DNA of 64,000 nt from Blasia pusilla. Lineage: Eukaryota. Of this stretch, positions 37,459-52,900 are shown piece by piece. Below the pieces are notes generated by a model, which ran no database searches, was not told the DNA's origin, and worked only from the letters and a program-made list of their open reading frames with translations. Position 1 is the first letter of the stretch; each line of letters opens with the position of its first letter. A program made the translations under genes and the position numbers. The stretch covers positions 48,422,001 to 48,486,000 of the forward strand of contig CM114271.1 in the NCBI GenBank assembly GCA_050084515.1. Direction: 5' to 3'.

Positions 37459-37849
37459 ATTTTGAGCGCACATGGGAAATATTGAGTTGGCAGCAATTAA
37501 GAAAACTGCGAAGAGGAAGATTGGAAAACTGGTGGATTTCCTTGCATTGAGGATTGCTAATGCAATACCATATGGATTGGAATTTGAATTTCTAATTAAA
37601 ACTTGAATTCTGATAAAATAGATATTACATATACGATCTTTTCCTTAATCAGTCGAAGCTATTTTCAATGGTATCCTATTTGGATTGAAGTTTCGATTGA
37701 GTTCCATCTACCATTCTGTGTGGAGACCATGAAGAAGAGACTCAACACTCATTTGGGTCCTAGCCACAAGGACATAAACACGTTCATATACAATTGCTCT
37801 CCCACCACATACAATATGTAGCCTATTATGATGGTTGCCTATGAGGAAG

Positions 37850-39210
37850 GTAAACTCGTGGTACAAGATAGTCTTGCATACTCCAAGTATTGGCTGAGGT
37901 ATAAGACGAGCATTGAGAAGAGGAGGTAGAAGAAGACCAACTTGAGACTGCTACAAGGGCTTGACGAAGAAAATGTGAAGCAAGTCATAGGAGAACTCCT
38001 CAAACTAAGGGTGTAAATAGGGTTTGCATCTACTTGCAAATCACATAATGAAGACTTGATGGACCTGAAAGGCTAGTGCGACAAATTGAAACGTGAACAA
38101 GTGAATGTAAGCGCCATCTATAAGTTCTATTTCTTGGAGAGGGAGTTCTATGTTGGGAGAAGTTTCAGAGATTGCTTCAACTTGCTCATTTTGCAACAAG
38201 AGTTCCGCATTGATAATGCCGAGATTCTCCTCGATATTCTGCTCGAGGAGAAGATATATTTTAAAAGACATCTCTCCTTTGTCACGCAAGCTAAATTTTG
38301 TCTTCCTCCATAAGAATTTTGAGGGACATTGCGAGAATTACTACGATTGCAGAGGGCCAACCAACCAACAAATGACTTTCTTGTATCTACGCACAAGGAA
38401 GTCATTGGTAGTATTGATACAACTTCAACGAGATTTTCTAGACTATTGTAAATAGGGAGGTGGAAAACAACGAGTGGGATATCCTTTACAACACAGTTTT
38501 TGTAAACATGGTGTGCGCATTAAACGATTATGAATGGATCAATGTAGAAGATTTGAATCATTCTTTGGCGAAGGATGTTATCTTAATGCAAGTGAAAGCG
38601 AATTGGTGTTTTTTTGCTGAAATCGAAGTACTGGGAAATCTTGTAGTTGCTTGCCAAAGACCACCCAATGAGAGATCCAACAAGACAGAAGATTCTAAGT
38701 GGAGGATGGTTGATGGTTTTCATACCGGTATTCAGCAATGGTTTTGATGAGTCCACTCTGGACGAACACCTCACCATTGTAAATAGAATTCTTGATGGAA
38801 TGGAGTGAAAAAAGAACTTACACAACTCCGAATGGAGTGAAAAAAGAATAGGACATTGAGGCGCAATGGTGATCAATCAAGGTGGATTGTAGTGGAAAAT
38901 TAAGGGGTCCAACATTGTGGTTATTTTATCTCAAGATGTCTTGAGTGGCAATGGAATAGGTCGAATGCACTAGGTTAGAGGCAATATATGTAATTCAAGT
39001 CTTGCATGAATTTACATTTTTCACATATGTTGCTTTCCATGTTGTTCCTTTGATGGCTTTGTCAAGTGTGACACAACACAAAAGAATTACTTCCCGTGCA
39101 AGCATATGCATTTTGTTCTCATTCAAATTCTAAATGAATGAGAACATGACATATCAATTCATTGCCCTATAATGTAGTTGAAGAAAGTAAGATATCTTTT
39201 GGAAAAGTGA
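37850..39210 (+). pseudogene. Highly decayed fragment ending in a SWIM finger related to the MULE-like transposase
   Basis: HICCFPCCSFDGF...NYFPCKHMHFVL at about 39020-39120 parallels 14350-14450. The upstream part is unassigned. Confidence 0.6.
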
Positions 39211-39501
39211 ATTTCGTCTTTTTTTTTCTTGGAGGATTTGATATTGGACCAGCCAAGTCTAATAGAGTCAAATTTGGAACGTAGTATTGGAGCAACATTT
39301 TTCATGGGACCAAACTTCCTATCTTCATTTCTCCTATCTTCTATCTACCTCACTTCCTCACCTCCAACCAGATCTCGATGTTCCATTTCAAATCTAGCAT
39401 TCAAATGCATGGGCATCTTATCCGTAAGTTTCTATTAAACTTTTGCTTTCAAATTTTCAACGATACAACATGAGCTCCGGAAGAACATTTCTTTTCAAGA
39501 A

Positions 39502-39664
39502 CTAGATTGTCTTCCACTAAGTCCTACCCCCCATTCAACTCAAAAACCTACTTGCTCAACCCGTAACATGATGTTGCAAGTAGGGGTGAAGGAGCAGGTA
39601 GGGGTTGAGCAAGTACGTTTCGGAATTAAATGGGGAGACAATTAGAAAGTTTGGAGGACAACTA
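39502..39664. repeat. Imperfect fold-back / MITE-like inverted repeat
   Basis: ctagattgtcttcca...cctacttgctcaaccc versus gggttgagcaagtacg...tggaggacaactag. Confidence 0.6.
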
Positions 39665-40262
39665 GGTTACGGAGTTTCCAATAGGGGTTGACTCATTCCG
39701 AATCACAAGGTCTGGACAGATTTGACATCTATATTATTATTGGAGATTGCCTTCTTGATTTGCAAACACCTCTCTTTGACACATGGCATCTAGGCAGCAA
39801 GAAAATGTTTCACGTGCTACGGGCAAGAAAAAAATTTGAATTTGTGTATAGCATCATTATTCCCTCCACGGGCACTAGCAAAAGCTCCTCAAACAATTTT
39901 TTTCCCATGCCTCTTGCAGGCACCTTGCTAGTTCTTAGTAAATACAGTTCTTAGTAAATACATTTTACCAGATTGGATTCAACATTAACGAAAGGCCACC
40001 CGAGAAACAAAAGTTGTAATTTCCGAAATGAACGGAACCCCTGAAAATTATCCCTAGAATCTTTAGGCGTAAATTTTAAAAAACCAAATAGAATTTCATG
40101 ATGTATTTAATGTAAAATCCGGGGATTAGAAAAGCCTGTCCGAGCTTTGACATCGGGACGACGCAATAGATATATATGTCGTCAATTGGTCTCAAAGTAC
40201 AATTCTTGAGTAGATGCAGTCGTGTGTGGTGCTACCGTATCCGCACCAATCTACGGGTTAGG

Positions 40263-43200
40263 TTATTGCGCGACCTTGCTCATAATTTCAGCATTTAACT
40301 GAGCGACCACGAAACGGATGTTCTCCAGAACAGGCTTGTAATTGACCTCCCGTTCTTTTGCCTCTAATTCTGCACACCGAATTCCACTGTTCAGGTGTCT
40401 GATCTGCATTCATTCATCCACGATCCTGGCGCCATCCTTCCATCTTTGTTATCCGTGTTAGAGACGCATCCTTCTACCTTTCACGTGTTAAAAACAAACC
40501 TATGGAACCTATCCAGACTTCACGTTAACCAAAGGAGTGGGTCAGCACCTGCCACGCAGCCACGCTCGTGTAGGATCGAAGGAAACTCACGAGCACGTGG
40601 GAAATAGAAGTGGACCTTGCTGCGTCGTTAGGATGCTTTGATGGACAGCTCGGAGCTTTTGATGTTGTAGTTCGAGACTTTTGTGATGTGGGCACGCATT
40701 CAACTGCTTTTGCATCGTCTCCAAAATATTGTCCTGCTCTCGCAATTGCTCTTGCACCAGTGAGGCTTTCGCTTGGATCTTACTCTTTTCTTCTTCCAAC
40801 TTCTGCAGAGAACCCGCGGCACGTGCAGTTAGGTGCTTGGTTGTCCTCGTCGAACCAAATTAGCCACACCGTGTCGTTGGAAGCTGCTGAAGACCAATTA
40901 TGGCTTTCTCAATCAAAGACCACCTAAACTGTAGTACAATGGGTCGTCAAGAGAGACAAACGAATCCCACAGTCAAAAAGCTCCTCCCAACAACTCAATG
41001 ACTCCTGACTTTATCAATCCACGACCGGTCTTGCATAAGTGGAACGGGTCGTCAAAAGAGACGAACGAAGCTCGGAAATCACACGTTCTCAACCGGCTGC
41101 TTTGACAAAGAATGCCGGTTCTTGCCGAGCATTGCTTTAGGGAATGGATCGCCCAAAGCGACAAAGGTAAGCTGCTCATGATGGTAGAAGAACTTTTGAT
41201 CGGAGGTGTCTACGGACGGTGCACAGGAGGTGGCAATCATAGCCTGAGTTCAACTAGAGTACACTGCATGACTAAACAGACGAGTATCCTCATTGTTATT
41301 TCTGAACCCATTGGATCAGCAAACATAGACACGGCAAGATGCAGGAAACCAAATAGGTTGAACTATGTTGACGTAAACTAAATTGGTAAGGTGGCCCTTC
41401 CTAACAATTGACTCAAGGCATTTGGGAAGAGGGTCGGGTGGAAAGCAGAACGTGAAAATGAGCACCCTGATGGTTTTTCTGGCTGAATAATGCCATGAGA
41501 AGCATTTGGCCCGAACTTGCAGACAGGTCTCGAGATAAATCTAGCGTAGAAGAGACAAATGTTCTTCCACTTCGGTGGTTGTTCAAGTTGTAGAACGATG
41601 TTACAAGTTTCTTCAGCCTTGATACACATATGCACCCTATATGTTTGTGCTTAAATGAATGTTTTATCAACTGCTTGGTACAATTCGTCATTAGTATAGA
41701 CAGTGAGGGAATCTGGACTGCTTACTATGAGCACAGTGGGGCTGAGATTTCGGTTAATTTCAGTCCAAATGATTTGTTCATTTTCATTGCCTCCTGATGC
41801 TTTCTTTTCTGGCTTTTCTCTTCGTTTTAGTATCCGTCATACCTACTTCTGGTTCGAATATTACCGAACATCTTGCTTCTGCTGCAGCCCTTAGCTCTTC
41901 GAAGCGGGTGAACTTCTCCATCTGGGCCTTTAAGGACACCATCTTCTGCCTGGAAGCTCCAATTTCTTTCTCTGTTTTGGCCTCCATCTCTTCAAGCTGC
42001 TGATGCTCCCTTCTGAGCTCGTCCAACTCTATTGAGCCAGACATGCACCCATAAGATACCACCCAACAACAGACAGAAGCTACTGACGTTAAGAATTAAC
42101 GTTTTCGATCAATTTACTTTGTTTCTCGTGGTCCAGTGCACTGGAACCAAGTCTTAGATTGTCAAGCTCGACTCGAAGACCCAACAGGCATCATTATTTA
42201 AGCAAGCCTTTACGGGGCTACAATCTGCTAGAAGATGGCGATCATCATGTAGATCAGGGTCGTATGAACTTTTCGAATTAGCAGTTGTGGACCTTGTGTC
42301 AGCTGTTCTATATCATCAGAGTTGTCCTCAGGGGTCGTATCCTTTCCTGCTCCCTTACCAAAGACGGTGCAATCCACCTGGGTAAAATATTAGCAACTAA
42401 ACGTCACCATTAGTTGGACAAGAACAAGTGTCCACAGTACCGTGATAGGTGGGCCGTAAGGCAACCTCTGTTCAGGGGTTAAGGGAGCACAGAATGGGTT
42501 TAGGGTTTTGGCAGAGAATGCTATCTTCACATGCTCTCAAGTCCAGAGAAAGACTTATCTTTTACTATCAACTCCTGAACTCAACCTAAAAACCGTCTCC
42601 TTTGCGATTACTGCCTTCCAACGAGAGGAAAGTTAAAAGGAATAAGGGAAGAGGTGGCTACTGCGCTAATGTTTTCAAGCAGAAGCCCAATTTTCTCTTG
42701 CACAAGCTGAATTGCTTTAGAATGGTCATGCCGCATCACTTCATAATTGTCAATAAAAAACTGCATCTGTTTCTCCTTCTCATGAATCTCCTGAAACCTT
42801 TCTGCTCGTCCACCTGAAGATCTCACAGGAGGACGCATTTTGGCATTACATAGACATTTCAATGTCCTCTTTCTATCTTTCCATCCTAGGGCTAAACAAA
42901 GCCTCCGTGTTTTTTCATGAATTTAGAATTATCTGAGCCATACACTTGTCTTACTGAGGTTGATTGCAAGCCACTGCTTTACAAGGCTTCTGTGCCTGTA
43001 AAGCAGAATTATTATTGCTTATTATTTCAAAAGATTTACCACTATATCTGTCACACTGCAATTATTTCAAAATATTTACCACTATTAACTGTCGTACTGC
43101 AATTTGTTGAGATTTAACCTTAGGTGGAACAAGACAAATATTTCTACCACTCATAGATCCTTAAAAAAGGGGGCTCCTATGGCACAAGAGCGAGGATTAT

Positions 43201-46200
43201 CCATGACATTCATCACAGCGAAAGTGTACACCTTTAAGTTCGGATATGGCTTTCTCAGCTGCCACCAGTTTATCCTGATAGATGCTTATCTGAGTCTCCA
43301 GCTCCCTGCACTTATCTTCTGCCCTTGCAATCTCAGCATTCTCCTGTCTTATCTGTGAAACTTCAGTGAGAGAGTAATCAGAATCTCTACAAGACTGAAT
43401 CTGCAGCCTGGAAAGCATACGCTTTCAGTTGGGAAGTGGTCAAACTGAATATATGATCATGATAAACAGGCAAATCATTTTGACAGGCTTGAAGAAAACA
43501 CGACTCCTGGATTACTGGGTGATGCAGTCTTTAATACCTTGAATAGCATGGCTTCACGAGATTCTGACTGTGAAGCGCGCACCGAACAGGTATCTTCTGC
43601 CTTCAGATGTGCCAATTCATCTTCAGCACTTAGAAGTTGTTCCATCAACGCAAATGCCTTTTGCTTTGCCAAGGGTGCCTTTGCTAGATCCTGTGCAAAA
43701 GCCAGTATATTCCGTTTTGATATGATATAATGATGAAAGTCATATCCATGGTCAAAGTTCACTTAACATTCCCGAAGTAGAGGATTAAGTGGGATACTTT
43801 ACAAGCCAATGTCCAGAGAAATTGAAGCGTGGTTGACTGTTGTAGCTCAAGTTCTTCACAAAATAAACCAATATTCCCACAACATCCACACTCCAAAACT
43901 GGTTCCATTGTCACCATGTAGATCAGAGCTACATGGTATCAGCAATGACCTGTTCAAGAGGACGCAAAGTAGCATTCAGATCTTGCATCTTATTTTCCAA
44001 CTGCTCCACTTCATCTCTAAGCAGCTGTGTCTCTAGTTGTATGTCCACAAATTTTGCTCTTTGGTCTAGTGCCTGCAAGGCGCTGACCTTTCGTTCAACC
44101 CAGGTAGCAGATCAACCTGGAGTCTTCCTACCTTTTGCAAACAAACTTGACATTTTCTTTGTAGCGAGTTGGACCCTCTCCAAAGAAATGTCATTGAGCA
44201 GCAATGTGACTTGCTAACAAAAGCCTAGCTATTTGATTCAGAGGGCCTCATTCCAAGCAGACACTGTGCCATATTAGTAGAAGTACAAAATTCTGGACAC
44301 GGGACCATGGTATAGTTGAGGTTAACATGAATGAAAATGGAGTGCTGCATCCTTTTGTTGACAAGTTGACGCAACCAAAACAGAAACTCTTTGAGTACAA
44401 GGAAAGCTTAGGTTCCACAGAAACTGACTTGATTGAGTTGATGCTCCAACTCAAATTCGATTTGACATATTTCCACTTCAAAGATCTTAGTTTCCATCTC
44501 CTTTCTGCACACAGAGGACAAAGAGTAATCGATACCACCCACTTTCCTCACAATCTCAAGATTTCATCTTTTCTTTTGATTAAACAATATCCTCCAGGAC
44601 TCTTTTACACAGGCTACGAAGGGCTACTCTAACCCTTTTCTATTCATCACACTTAACTGGGATTGCTCAGAAAACAGCTGATCAATCTTCATCCTCTCCT
44701 TTTCATTTTTTCCTTTCAAAGATTTAAGGGCATCCTTCAGCTGCTCAGTCTCAATTCCTGCAGCCACCTGATAACATATCTTTATTCAGCTTTCTTAAGT
44801 TCTCACTCAGTGCAGTAGGAGGAACTAGTCATTCATAACAAACCCTCTCCATTGCCTTCTCTTACTCATTTGCGCTCTTAGATGTCCCTCAGATACACAC
44901 AAGGTGACCAGGGTGTGTAGGTAAGAATCTAAGAATTGCAGACAGAATCTAAGATTTGTCATATTGCACCGGTTAAGTCCTTAACAGGGTTTTCCTGAGA
45001 CCAAGATGCCATGAGAAAGCTTGTTCCCTTGTCCATCTGCTATGTCACTGATTTTTTGCATGCTCAATAGAAGACAGAGTCAACTAAATCTGCCAGGAAA
45101 AGTATATTTTCACCCAGTCTAACATCATAACGTAATCACTGCAATAAACATGATTGGCTATTGATGTGATCAGACCCTCAAGCTCTTGGATTTCTTATGG
45201 CTGATTCAAACAACAATGTCAACCCACATCATAAAACACCATTAAAAAGGATAAAAAGTTTTTTAGGACAAGAGGCTCACATTCTCCATCACCATATTGT
45301 AGTCCCCAAGTTGTCCTCTCAGAGATTTCAATTCTTCCAACAAAAGCTCCTGTCTGCGACACAAAATAAGGAGGTTCTCATCAAGCAAGTTAACTCTGAG
45401 CTGCCACATCCAGTCTGATGAAATTGTTTGTCAACATTTATGCTGTATAATTCACCAAAAGACTAGCACACCTCATTCTGCTGCCCACCATGGGACGTTG
45501 ATGTAATGGCTGAACGCTCCCAGATCACATTTCAGGATTATGTTTGTGTGGATGTTGAATATAGAAGTAAGCCTTATGAAATCTTTTTAAACCTCGAGCG
45601 CGGGACACTAAAGAATGCAAAATCATTCTCAAAAAATTCATTCTATCCTCACAAAGCAAGTTAACACATAGTGTCAAGCACAACATTAGACTTACTGATG
45701 TTCGAGATGAACACTAGCAGGCCCTCTTTTCTTCAGGCGATCAATTTCAGCTGTCATTATGTCTATTTCAGCCTGAAGTTCTTGCTTCTTACTTCTGAGC
45801 TTCCCAAGAAAATAGGATTTATCTAGTATTTTCCGACCTGGACCTGCCAAACCAGGAAAATGAAAGGAGAAGAAACAGAGTAAGGCACCACCTTTGATCA
45901 CGCCAATGCGAACAGCGAGGCGAGTTGAGTTTCTCAATTAAAATGCAATTCAAGTCTAATAGGACAGCATTTTTCATTGACTCTTGTTTAGTGTTCTCAA
46001 AGAGCAAACATTTGGGAAGCTTGAGAGTAACCCTGAAGGATCCACAGGGACACTCATGCGTAAGCAGATTTTCTGTGTATGGAAAGTCACCAATTGATTT
46101 TACAACCAAAGGTCTTAGTCAGCCAAACGCTGGAACCTAGTGTGCTCGTACGTAAAAGAAACTCATCCTTTCTTATCCACGAAGAGAAGTCTGCACCAAT

Positions 46201-47287
46201 CCCTAAGTTTGCTCAAAACTCACACGATCCAAACTTCAAAAAGCATCTGGTTCCTGTCTGCTATCTCAAAGATGGATCCTCCATCCTTAAACTACACAAA
46301 AACAAAAGATCCACAAAGACAATGGACAACTAAGTACAACAGCCTCTCAGGAAACCCAGTTTTCCGGTTTGGCACATAGATACAGGCCATCACGAGAAAC
46401 ATGGGACCACAATATCACCGGTCAAAGTTGAGTCAGGAACATCCACCATACACCACAAATGTAGGCGGATACACTAGGATCACTTAGCTAGAGATGTCCA
46501 CCAACACTGCGGTCATCTGCTCTACCAACTGATCTGAGGTAGAATCTAGCAAAACGGAAAGGACGATACCAAAAAATTCCATCAATCTAACTAAAAGAAC
46601 GATGGAAACTATAGGGCATGTTGTACTGTACCTTGGGAGGGATTGCGCATGCTCATCATTCCTTGATGCGTTAGAGGACGGCTCTCGACCGTTACCTGGG
46701 TATTAACTCCAATGCTACCCACTCCTACACAAGAATTCGGTCTTTATCACAAGGTAGCCATCAACAGATTGCTAGTAATCATCATTAAAAAGATGTGTCA
46801 CTATCATGATAAAAACTTAGAGTCGAACTACTAATTTGCAAAGAATCAATCACTTTAGATAAGCTGTGAATTTCGCAGTTGCCATTGTCAACCTAGAGTT
46901 ATGCAGTGACATGGACAAGTTGAAAGTAAGAGATGACATCATGACGAGTGTCTGCAGATTCTCTAGAGGTTGTGGATAGATTCGATTGGCCTCTAAGATT
47001 CAGTGCGGCATCAGGCTAGTGTATATTTATGGTCAGGCCTTGGACACGTTAGCTCTCTGGGGAATCCTAAGAAAAACGAAATTTACTCCAACAAAGCGTT
47101 GAGCGTATTGCCAATTAACGTTGTTGACAGCAGAAAATAGGACGATTGGGTTCAGCGAGAGGACACACTAAGAAAGCCATCCCATTTTCCTTCTATCTGA
47201 TATTGAATGGAGATGCGCAGGCAAGCACTCACCAGGCGTACCAGGGCGAGCATTGCCGCGCTCACTTCTTGATGACGCGGGACGCAT
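40263..47287 (-). CDS. IFT74: Intraflagellar transport protein 74 (multi-exon, about 14 coding exons)
   Basis: GT-AG exons: MRPASSRSERGNARPGTP (47287-47233), VTVESRPLTHQGMMSM (about 46725-46632), PGRKILDKSYFLGKLRSKKQEL (45843-45696), LKSLRGQLGDYNMV (about 45351-45280). Then coiled-coil exons and a last exon EAKEREVNYKPVL...SKVAQ* (stop 40263). Middle exon boundaries are approximate. Confidence 0.88.
41072..41133. repeat. One end of the hAT MITE family seen at 31073-31289, in an IFT74 intron
   Basis: About 60 bp nearly identical to 31228-31289, including the TIR. The other end was not found. Confidence 0.8.
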
Positions 47288-49938
47288 GGTGCTTTGGCTG
47301 TGATCCGCAGATGGCCTGAACGTTGACACAGATCAGTGGCCTTTGAGTTGTTGCCCGGGCGTGGTAGACATCAACCACCCTGCTGCCGTTGCCGTTTGCA
47401 AACCTCTTCGTCTATTTGAAGAGATTTCTAACCACCGCTACAATTCAGACACCAGACACTTCACACTACTCTCACGTATGCACACACTCACCAACAATCT
47501 CTGGTCCTCACCACGTCCGAGTAATTATCCACAAGCTCCCTACAAATCCGCAGTTCTCGTTGCCATCTGCTCCAGGCGACTACACTCCAGCTCCATCTTG
47601 CGGCCCCCTCGAGTCACGTGCGTGGATCTCTGCATGTGAATGTCGCTTTCACGTGAACATTGACGAAATTGTTCACGATGAAACACCGGCAACAGAAACA
47701 AGAGCATCTAAATTAGTTGAGGGTCGATTCCATGCGCGCAGGGTCGCGGCGACGATAGAGCGTCGCTGAATTGACCCAGCGTCCTCCCGACCCATTTAAC
47801 AGAAAACTGTAAGTAAATAGCCGTGCAGTGTGAAATGGTACTAGTGGAGTCCGTGTTACAACAATGATCTCGTCGTATCGTGAGAGACTACGCTGGCCAC
47901 CGTTCCCGTCTCCAAACGGAGATACTACTTTCCAAGTACGAATATGAATAGCGCAATATTGTTCGTTACTATCCTCTTGCACTTCGCAGTTTAATCGTCT
48001 CTTTCCCTGCGAGCATCCTTGCGCGTCGCCTGCAAGTTCATTCATGAAGCCAGAACTTGCAGCCACATTTGGAAATTATTTTAGTATGAATTGGGATTTT
48101 AGTATGAATTGGGAGAGCAAGTAACCGGCAGACAGAACACCACACGACCTATATTCAGGAGTCCAACAAACTGCCTAACTTCACGGCTCATGTGTATACA
48201 TTCAAGTGAGGGATCGCAGTTAGAATCCCTCGTACGGAATGCCGCATGATCTATGTCTGAAACTTCCTGGTTTCACACGAGGGATTGCACTTCGCACCGA
48301 TCCTCGCCTCTACGTACTTCGATTCAAACAGAAGAAACTACGTAACTTTACGATCCCACGATTAGCTGCTCTCGTAACTTGGTTCCACAACTGCACACTT
48401 AGAATCAAGATCAAAATTAAAAATTCTGAAGCTGCTTCCAAATCTCCCTCAGTAACTGTTCAGACCAGACGTACCTGACAAGGATCGTAGCTCAAGCGCA
48501 GGGCTGTCATTATCAGTTGGGGTTTAGGGCTTGCTGGATCTTACAGTTTCCAGATGAGATGTGGCAGGAAACAGGCGAATTAGAGATTGGGAGCCCTTGT
48601 TATGGAAAAGAACCCGTCCTCTGGAACTTGATTCATGGAAGGTTGGCTCTGATTTCGCGATGGAGATACGGCCGGGTACGGTCCAGGTTTACATTGCGCA
48701 TGAGGGCGGGGAGGGACCAGTGAAACAAGATCCGGGAACAAATCACAGTCTAACTGTCACTTTTCGGGTCACCCAGAGGAGGGGTCTTGTTCCTCCACAC
48801 CCTTTTTCTACGACGAATTTTGAAGTCGTGCAATTCTCCATTCTTCTCCACATGGGCACAGCCGGGTCCTCTGGAGTCTCGTTCACCTCGAGGGTTGAAC
48901 TCTCTCCAGAGGTAGGAGCGACACAGTACTCTCATAATCTCTTTCCTCTTGATGCATTCAAAGCCTGGCAGCCCCCGATTTTGCCTCGAGAGTGGGGAAA
49001 TAAGAGACGAGAAAGACACCACGAAGCGGGGTTTCGCTTTTGATTGAACAAACGGGCAGAATTTCTGCCGGAGAAGAGGACGTCGTCGGGTCGCCATGGA
49101 CTACCAAGAGGGAATCATGACAATCTCGGAACTGGGCACCACAGCCGACTATTTGGCAGCTAATCGTTAGTTCCTGATAAGATCATCGTCAATTGGGATT
49201 GGCGTGAGAGAGGAGCAAAGGTACAGAACAATTGGCTCTGGACTGTTTTCGAACACTTCCTCCAACTTCTAGCTCTCTAACGAACCAATTCCACAGATGA
49301 ACAACTTAATGTTTCCTCACGTCAGACATTAGGAGACCTCTTGCCTTCAAATACTACCACATCAATGAATAAACCTGACTCCTTCCATCATCTAATGTGA
49401 GCTTCTGAGTAAGCTGTGAGAGAGAGGCGCCACTCTTGAATTGGCAACCTCTGAATTTTGGATAGAGTAAATTGATGGAGCCCAGGACCCCGACAGTCAC
49501 ACCAGTAAGCCCGTGTCCACAGAAGGAAGGAGGCAGAGAGAATACAATGAATACTGGGGCTGTGGGATAGATTAGCATTCTTCCACCTCCACGGGTGTGG
49601 AAGATGGAAATGATCCACAGAAAGTTTAGAAATTAGCCTAGAAATATTATTGAGTTGGGGTATGCTCACTACGTAGTAACAACGGGCGGTCATCGGGCTA
49701 GCACAATATAAGAACATTCCAAATGTCTTCCGAGAGAGGTGCTGATACGTACATGCGTTTAGTGTGATCCTACTTGCCCTCAGTAACTAACTGATTATTG
49801 ACTGCTCATCCCGTTCTGGGCTGCAGATTTTCTCTTCAGGTGAAAACAAAAAAATCAGCACTCGAGAAGGGAAGAGACGGCAAAGAGTTTCAAGCAGGCC
49901 TACTCTTTCGAACACCTACTCCTAAAGTAGTCATCATC

Positions 49939-52900
49939 ATGCCAGGCCCAATAAGAGGAGTTGGGAGCTTGGGCTTCAACAAGTTCGACAGGAAACGAGA
50001 CCTTAAAGATCGGTATGACTCCTCAGCATTACAGCAAGAGAACATCAATGCCAACACCAACAACAAAATGCGAGAACCGATGCGCAATCTTATGTTCGAT
50101 CCACGGGTTGTCCGTGGATCACCTTTTCCACACCTGAAAAAGGTCCGAACTGAAACTCCTCATCCGAAGCCATGCGTCTCCTCATTGTCCAGTTATTACT
50201 TCTTTACAGCAGAACTGGGATAATGATCGCGCAGATTAAAAAATCCCACTAAGAAAGGTTGAATGTAGCTACCTCCACACATGGGATTACTCAATATTTA
50301 TGAGTGTGAGGTCTTATCGTTGAAAGAAAGACGTCGATCAAGCCCAGATTCTTCTCACGTTATTTCTAATCAAGAAGCAATCTAAGTAAGCTTGAATTTC
50401 CAAAGGTGGGTTGGTACGTCTGGTTACTGCCGTACGTATAGGTTCTCCGCAAAGAATCCTAGCAAGTCGGGTGGTATCCTTCGTTGCATGCAAGCGTATC
50501 CCGTGGCGCGAAGAAGAGGAGGAAATGCTGCCTGCTCAGCGTGCACTTCGTCACCTTGCTTCCAAACATGGGAAAACCAGCATTGTTAGTCACAGATTTA
50601 AATTGCTGAGTTCATCCGGAAAATCAAGACAACTTCTGTAGAACGTAGGCAATTTAAAACTCGAAGAAGGGACGAGACATTAACAGCGGAACCGTCCAAT
50701 ATAATCGGAAAATTTGTTGAGGAACTCTGACTATCAAAGCTTAGAAGCTTTAGGATGAGAGGCAGCTTCGATTTGGGTAGATCTATAGCACCACCTCTCA
50801 TGTAGACGTGATGGACCGCAACTGTACAGACTCGGAATGCTCACTACATAATCTTCCAGAATATCAAATGGCTGACTGATGCTCAATGCTTTTCTGCCAT
50901 CCCGTTTTGGATTCGTTGGTCGATCAGCCTTCAGAGGATCCACCAATCGAGAAAAAAACTCCTACTACGGGAAGGCCAGGTATACTAAAGAAGAAAGCAC
51001 CGAGAGTTTCGGATGAGCCGGCCCCAGTGAAGGGTAGGAAGAACTGCGATATCCAGGTACCACTTCTCCAGTTTGCTCACATGGTGCGAATATGGGTATC
51101 TGTTAAATGCTACTTATCTTGACTGCTTCAAGAAATCTAGATTGTCACATTTCGTAGATACGAGAATCGAATGAAAACGCAGATTCGTCTAGTGTAGAGG
51201 AATTGGCATCGTCGTCTAGTGTTGAGTTACTCGACTCTCCGAGCTTTCTCGAGAAGAGATTCTTAACCTCTTGCACCCCTTCCTTACCCCGGAAAGACTG
51301 TTAACAATACATGCAGACGGATCAGTATTTGGAGGAGATCATAGATGAGATTCCAGATTTCAATGCAGTTACTCAGACCGACCCATTTCTTGACCGCCCT
51401 GCAACTCCACTTTTTATTCCCTGGAAATCAGGTCCAGATAAGGAGACTCAGGTGGGATCTCTTGATTTCTTCTTCTCCTCTATATGTTGTTACTTGGTCT
51501 CTCGCCCGCTCTGATCTTTACACCATATCTTTCCCAAACTGCCATTTCTATCTGACGGACTTTTGCGTTGCTTCTACAGATATATGAAAACGACCTGTTT
51601 AACTTTGATCTGGAATGTGAGCCGTTGCTGGAGGTTCTGGTGGGAAGATCCATAGAGCAAGCTGTAATGGAGGTCATGGAAGATCATCAGCTCGCCCACA
51701 TCCGAATGCACCAGGTGCTTTTTTTTCATGATTTCCTTCGGTTCCTTGGGTTTGGCACCCTGTACATACATTACACGACATAGAAACTCCAGCAGTATGC
51801 CGAAACCGGCGAGTAAGCAGTGAGATTCCAATTTAGACTGCATCAAATCTCCGTCGGCTGCAATCTGTGCTCGCTAGATGGACTACAATGCCATCATCCT
51901 CCATACCGTAGCCTAATTCACTTGCAATCTCGCAGAACAGCTGTTTGATCCACTTTCTTTCAGTGACAACTCACTGTTCAAGATTACATGCAGTGGGAGT
52001 ACTCTTTAAAACTAGAGCCGAAAGCGTAAGCAAGACCCTCTTATGAGTCAGCGGGTCTGGCAAGAAATAAGTAAGTAATGCTAGCATTACAAATGGTATG
52101 TTGATGTACCGTGTAGAGTTCACTCTACCTTGCCAGCTACTGATCGGAGATGTATACTCTGGAACGTTGGAACAGGATCGCTTTGAGCAGCTTCGCATAG
52201 CAGAGATGGTATCAGCCGAAAAATTGGAGGCTGCACACATACGAGCCCTTGAGGAGGCAGAACGTCGCAAAGAACAGGAGAGGAAACGGATTGCAGAAGA
52301 AGAACGACTAAGAGATAGGGTAAACTTAAAATCTGTGACAACGATCTGATAAGTAGCCATGAAATGGTGTCGCAAGGGTCAACCATTCGGCCTGGGAATA
52401 GAGAAACTAAACATATTGTAGACCATAGAGGATCCTTGTTGCAATCTTAAATCAAAAGCTATAGTATTCCTTCCCATGAAGATATACGCTAGTAGATAGA
52501 TTCACCCTGCTCAGATCATTTCAGATACTGAGCTCCACAAACTCATAAAAAATACTCCAATGTCAAAAAGACATCTTCTTTTTCTTCTAGTTCTGTCAAC
52601 CCCTCATGTAGTCGCTAGTCCTTGTAAAGCAAAGCCCCGCGGGGCAAGAGAAGAAGGCCATCTTCAACTCTAAAGATTTGGAATCCCGCTTTAATATATG
52701 CATACTTTGTCAAGAATAGACGTTCTTCTCAAAACGTTCCAAAACTCTTGGAAGGAAATAAAAATCGATGTACATTTCCAAATTACAAAGAAATATTGGT
52801 TAAAACTTAAATTTATTTCTTCTAAACATACATATTAATACACCTTTGTTTAAATCCAACAGTCCAGAAACGTGTCCGAATCTCTCCGCCGCGAGCACCG

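Noticed and set aside
48517-49097. 160-aa and 115-aa ORFs between IFT74 and RSP3
   Set aside because: No recognisable motif; likely UTR, intron or promoter sequence.
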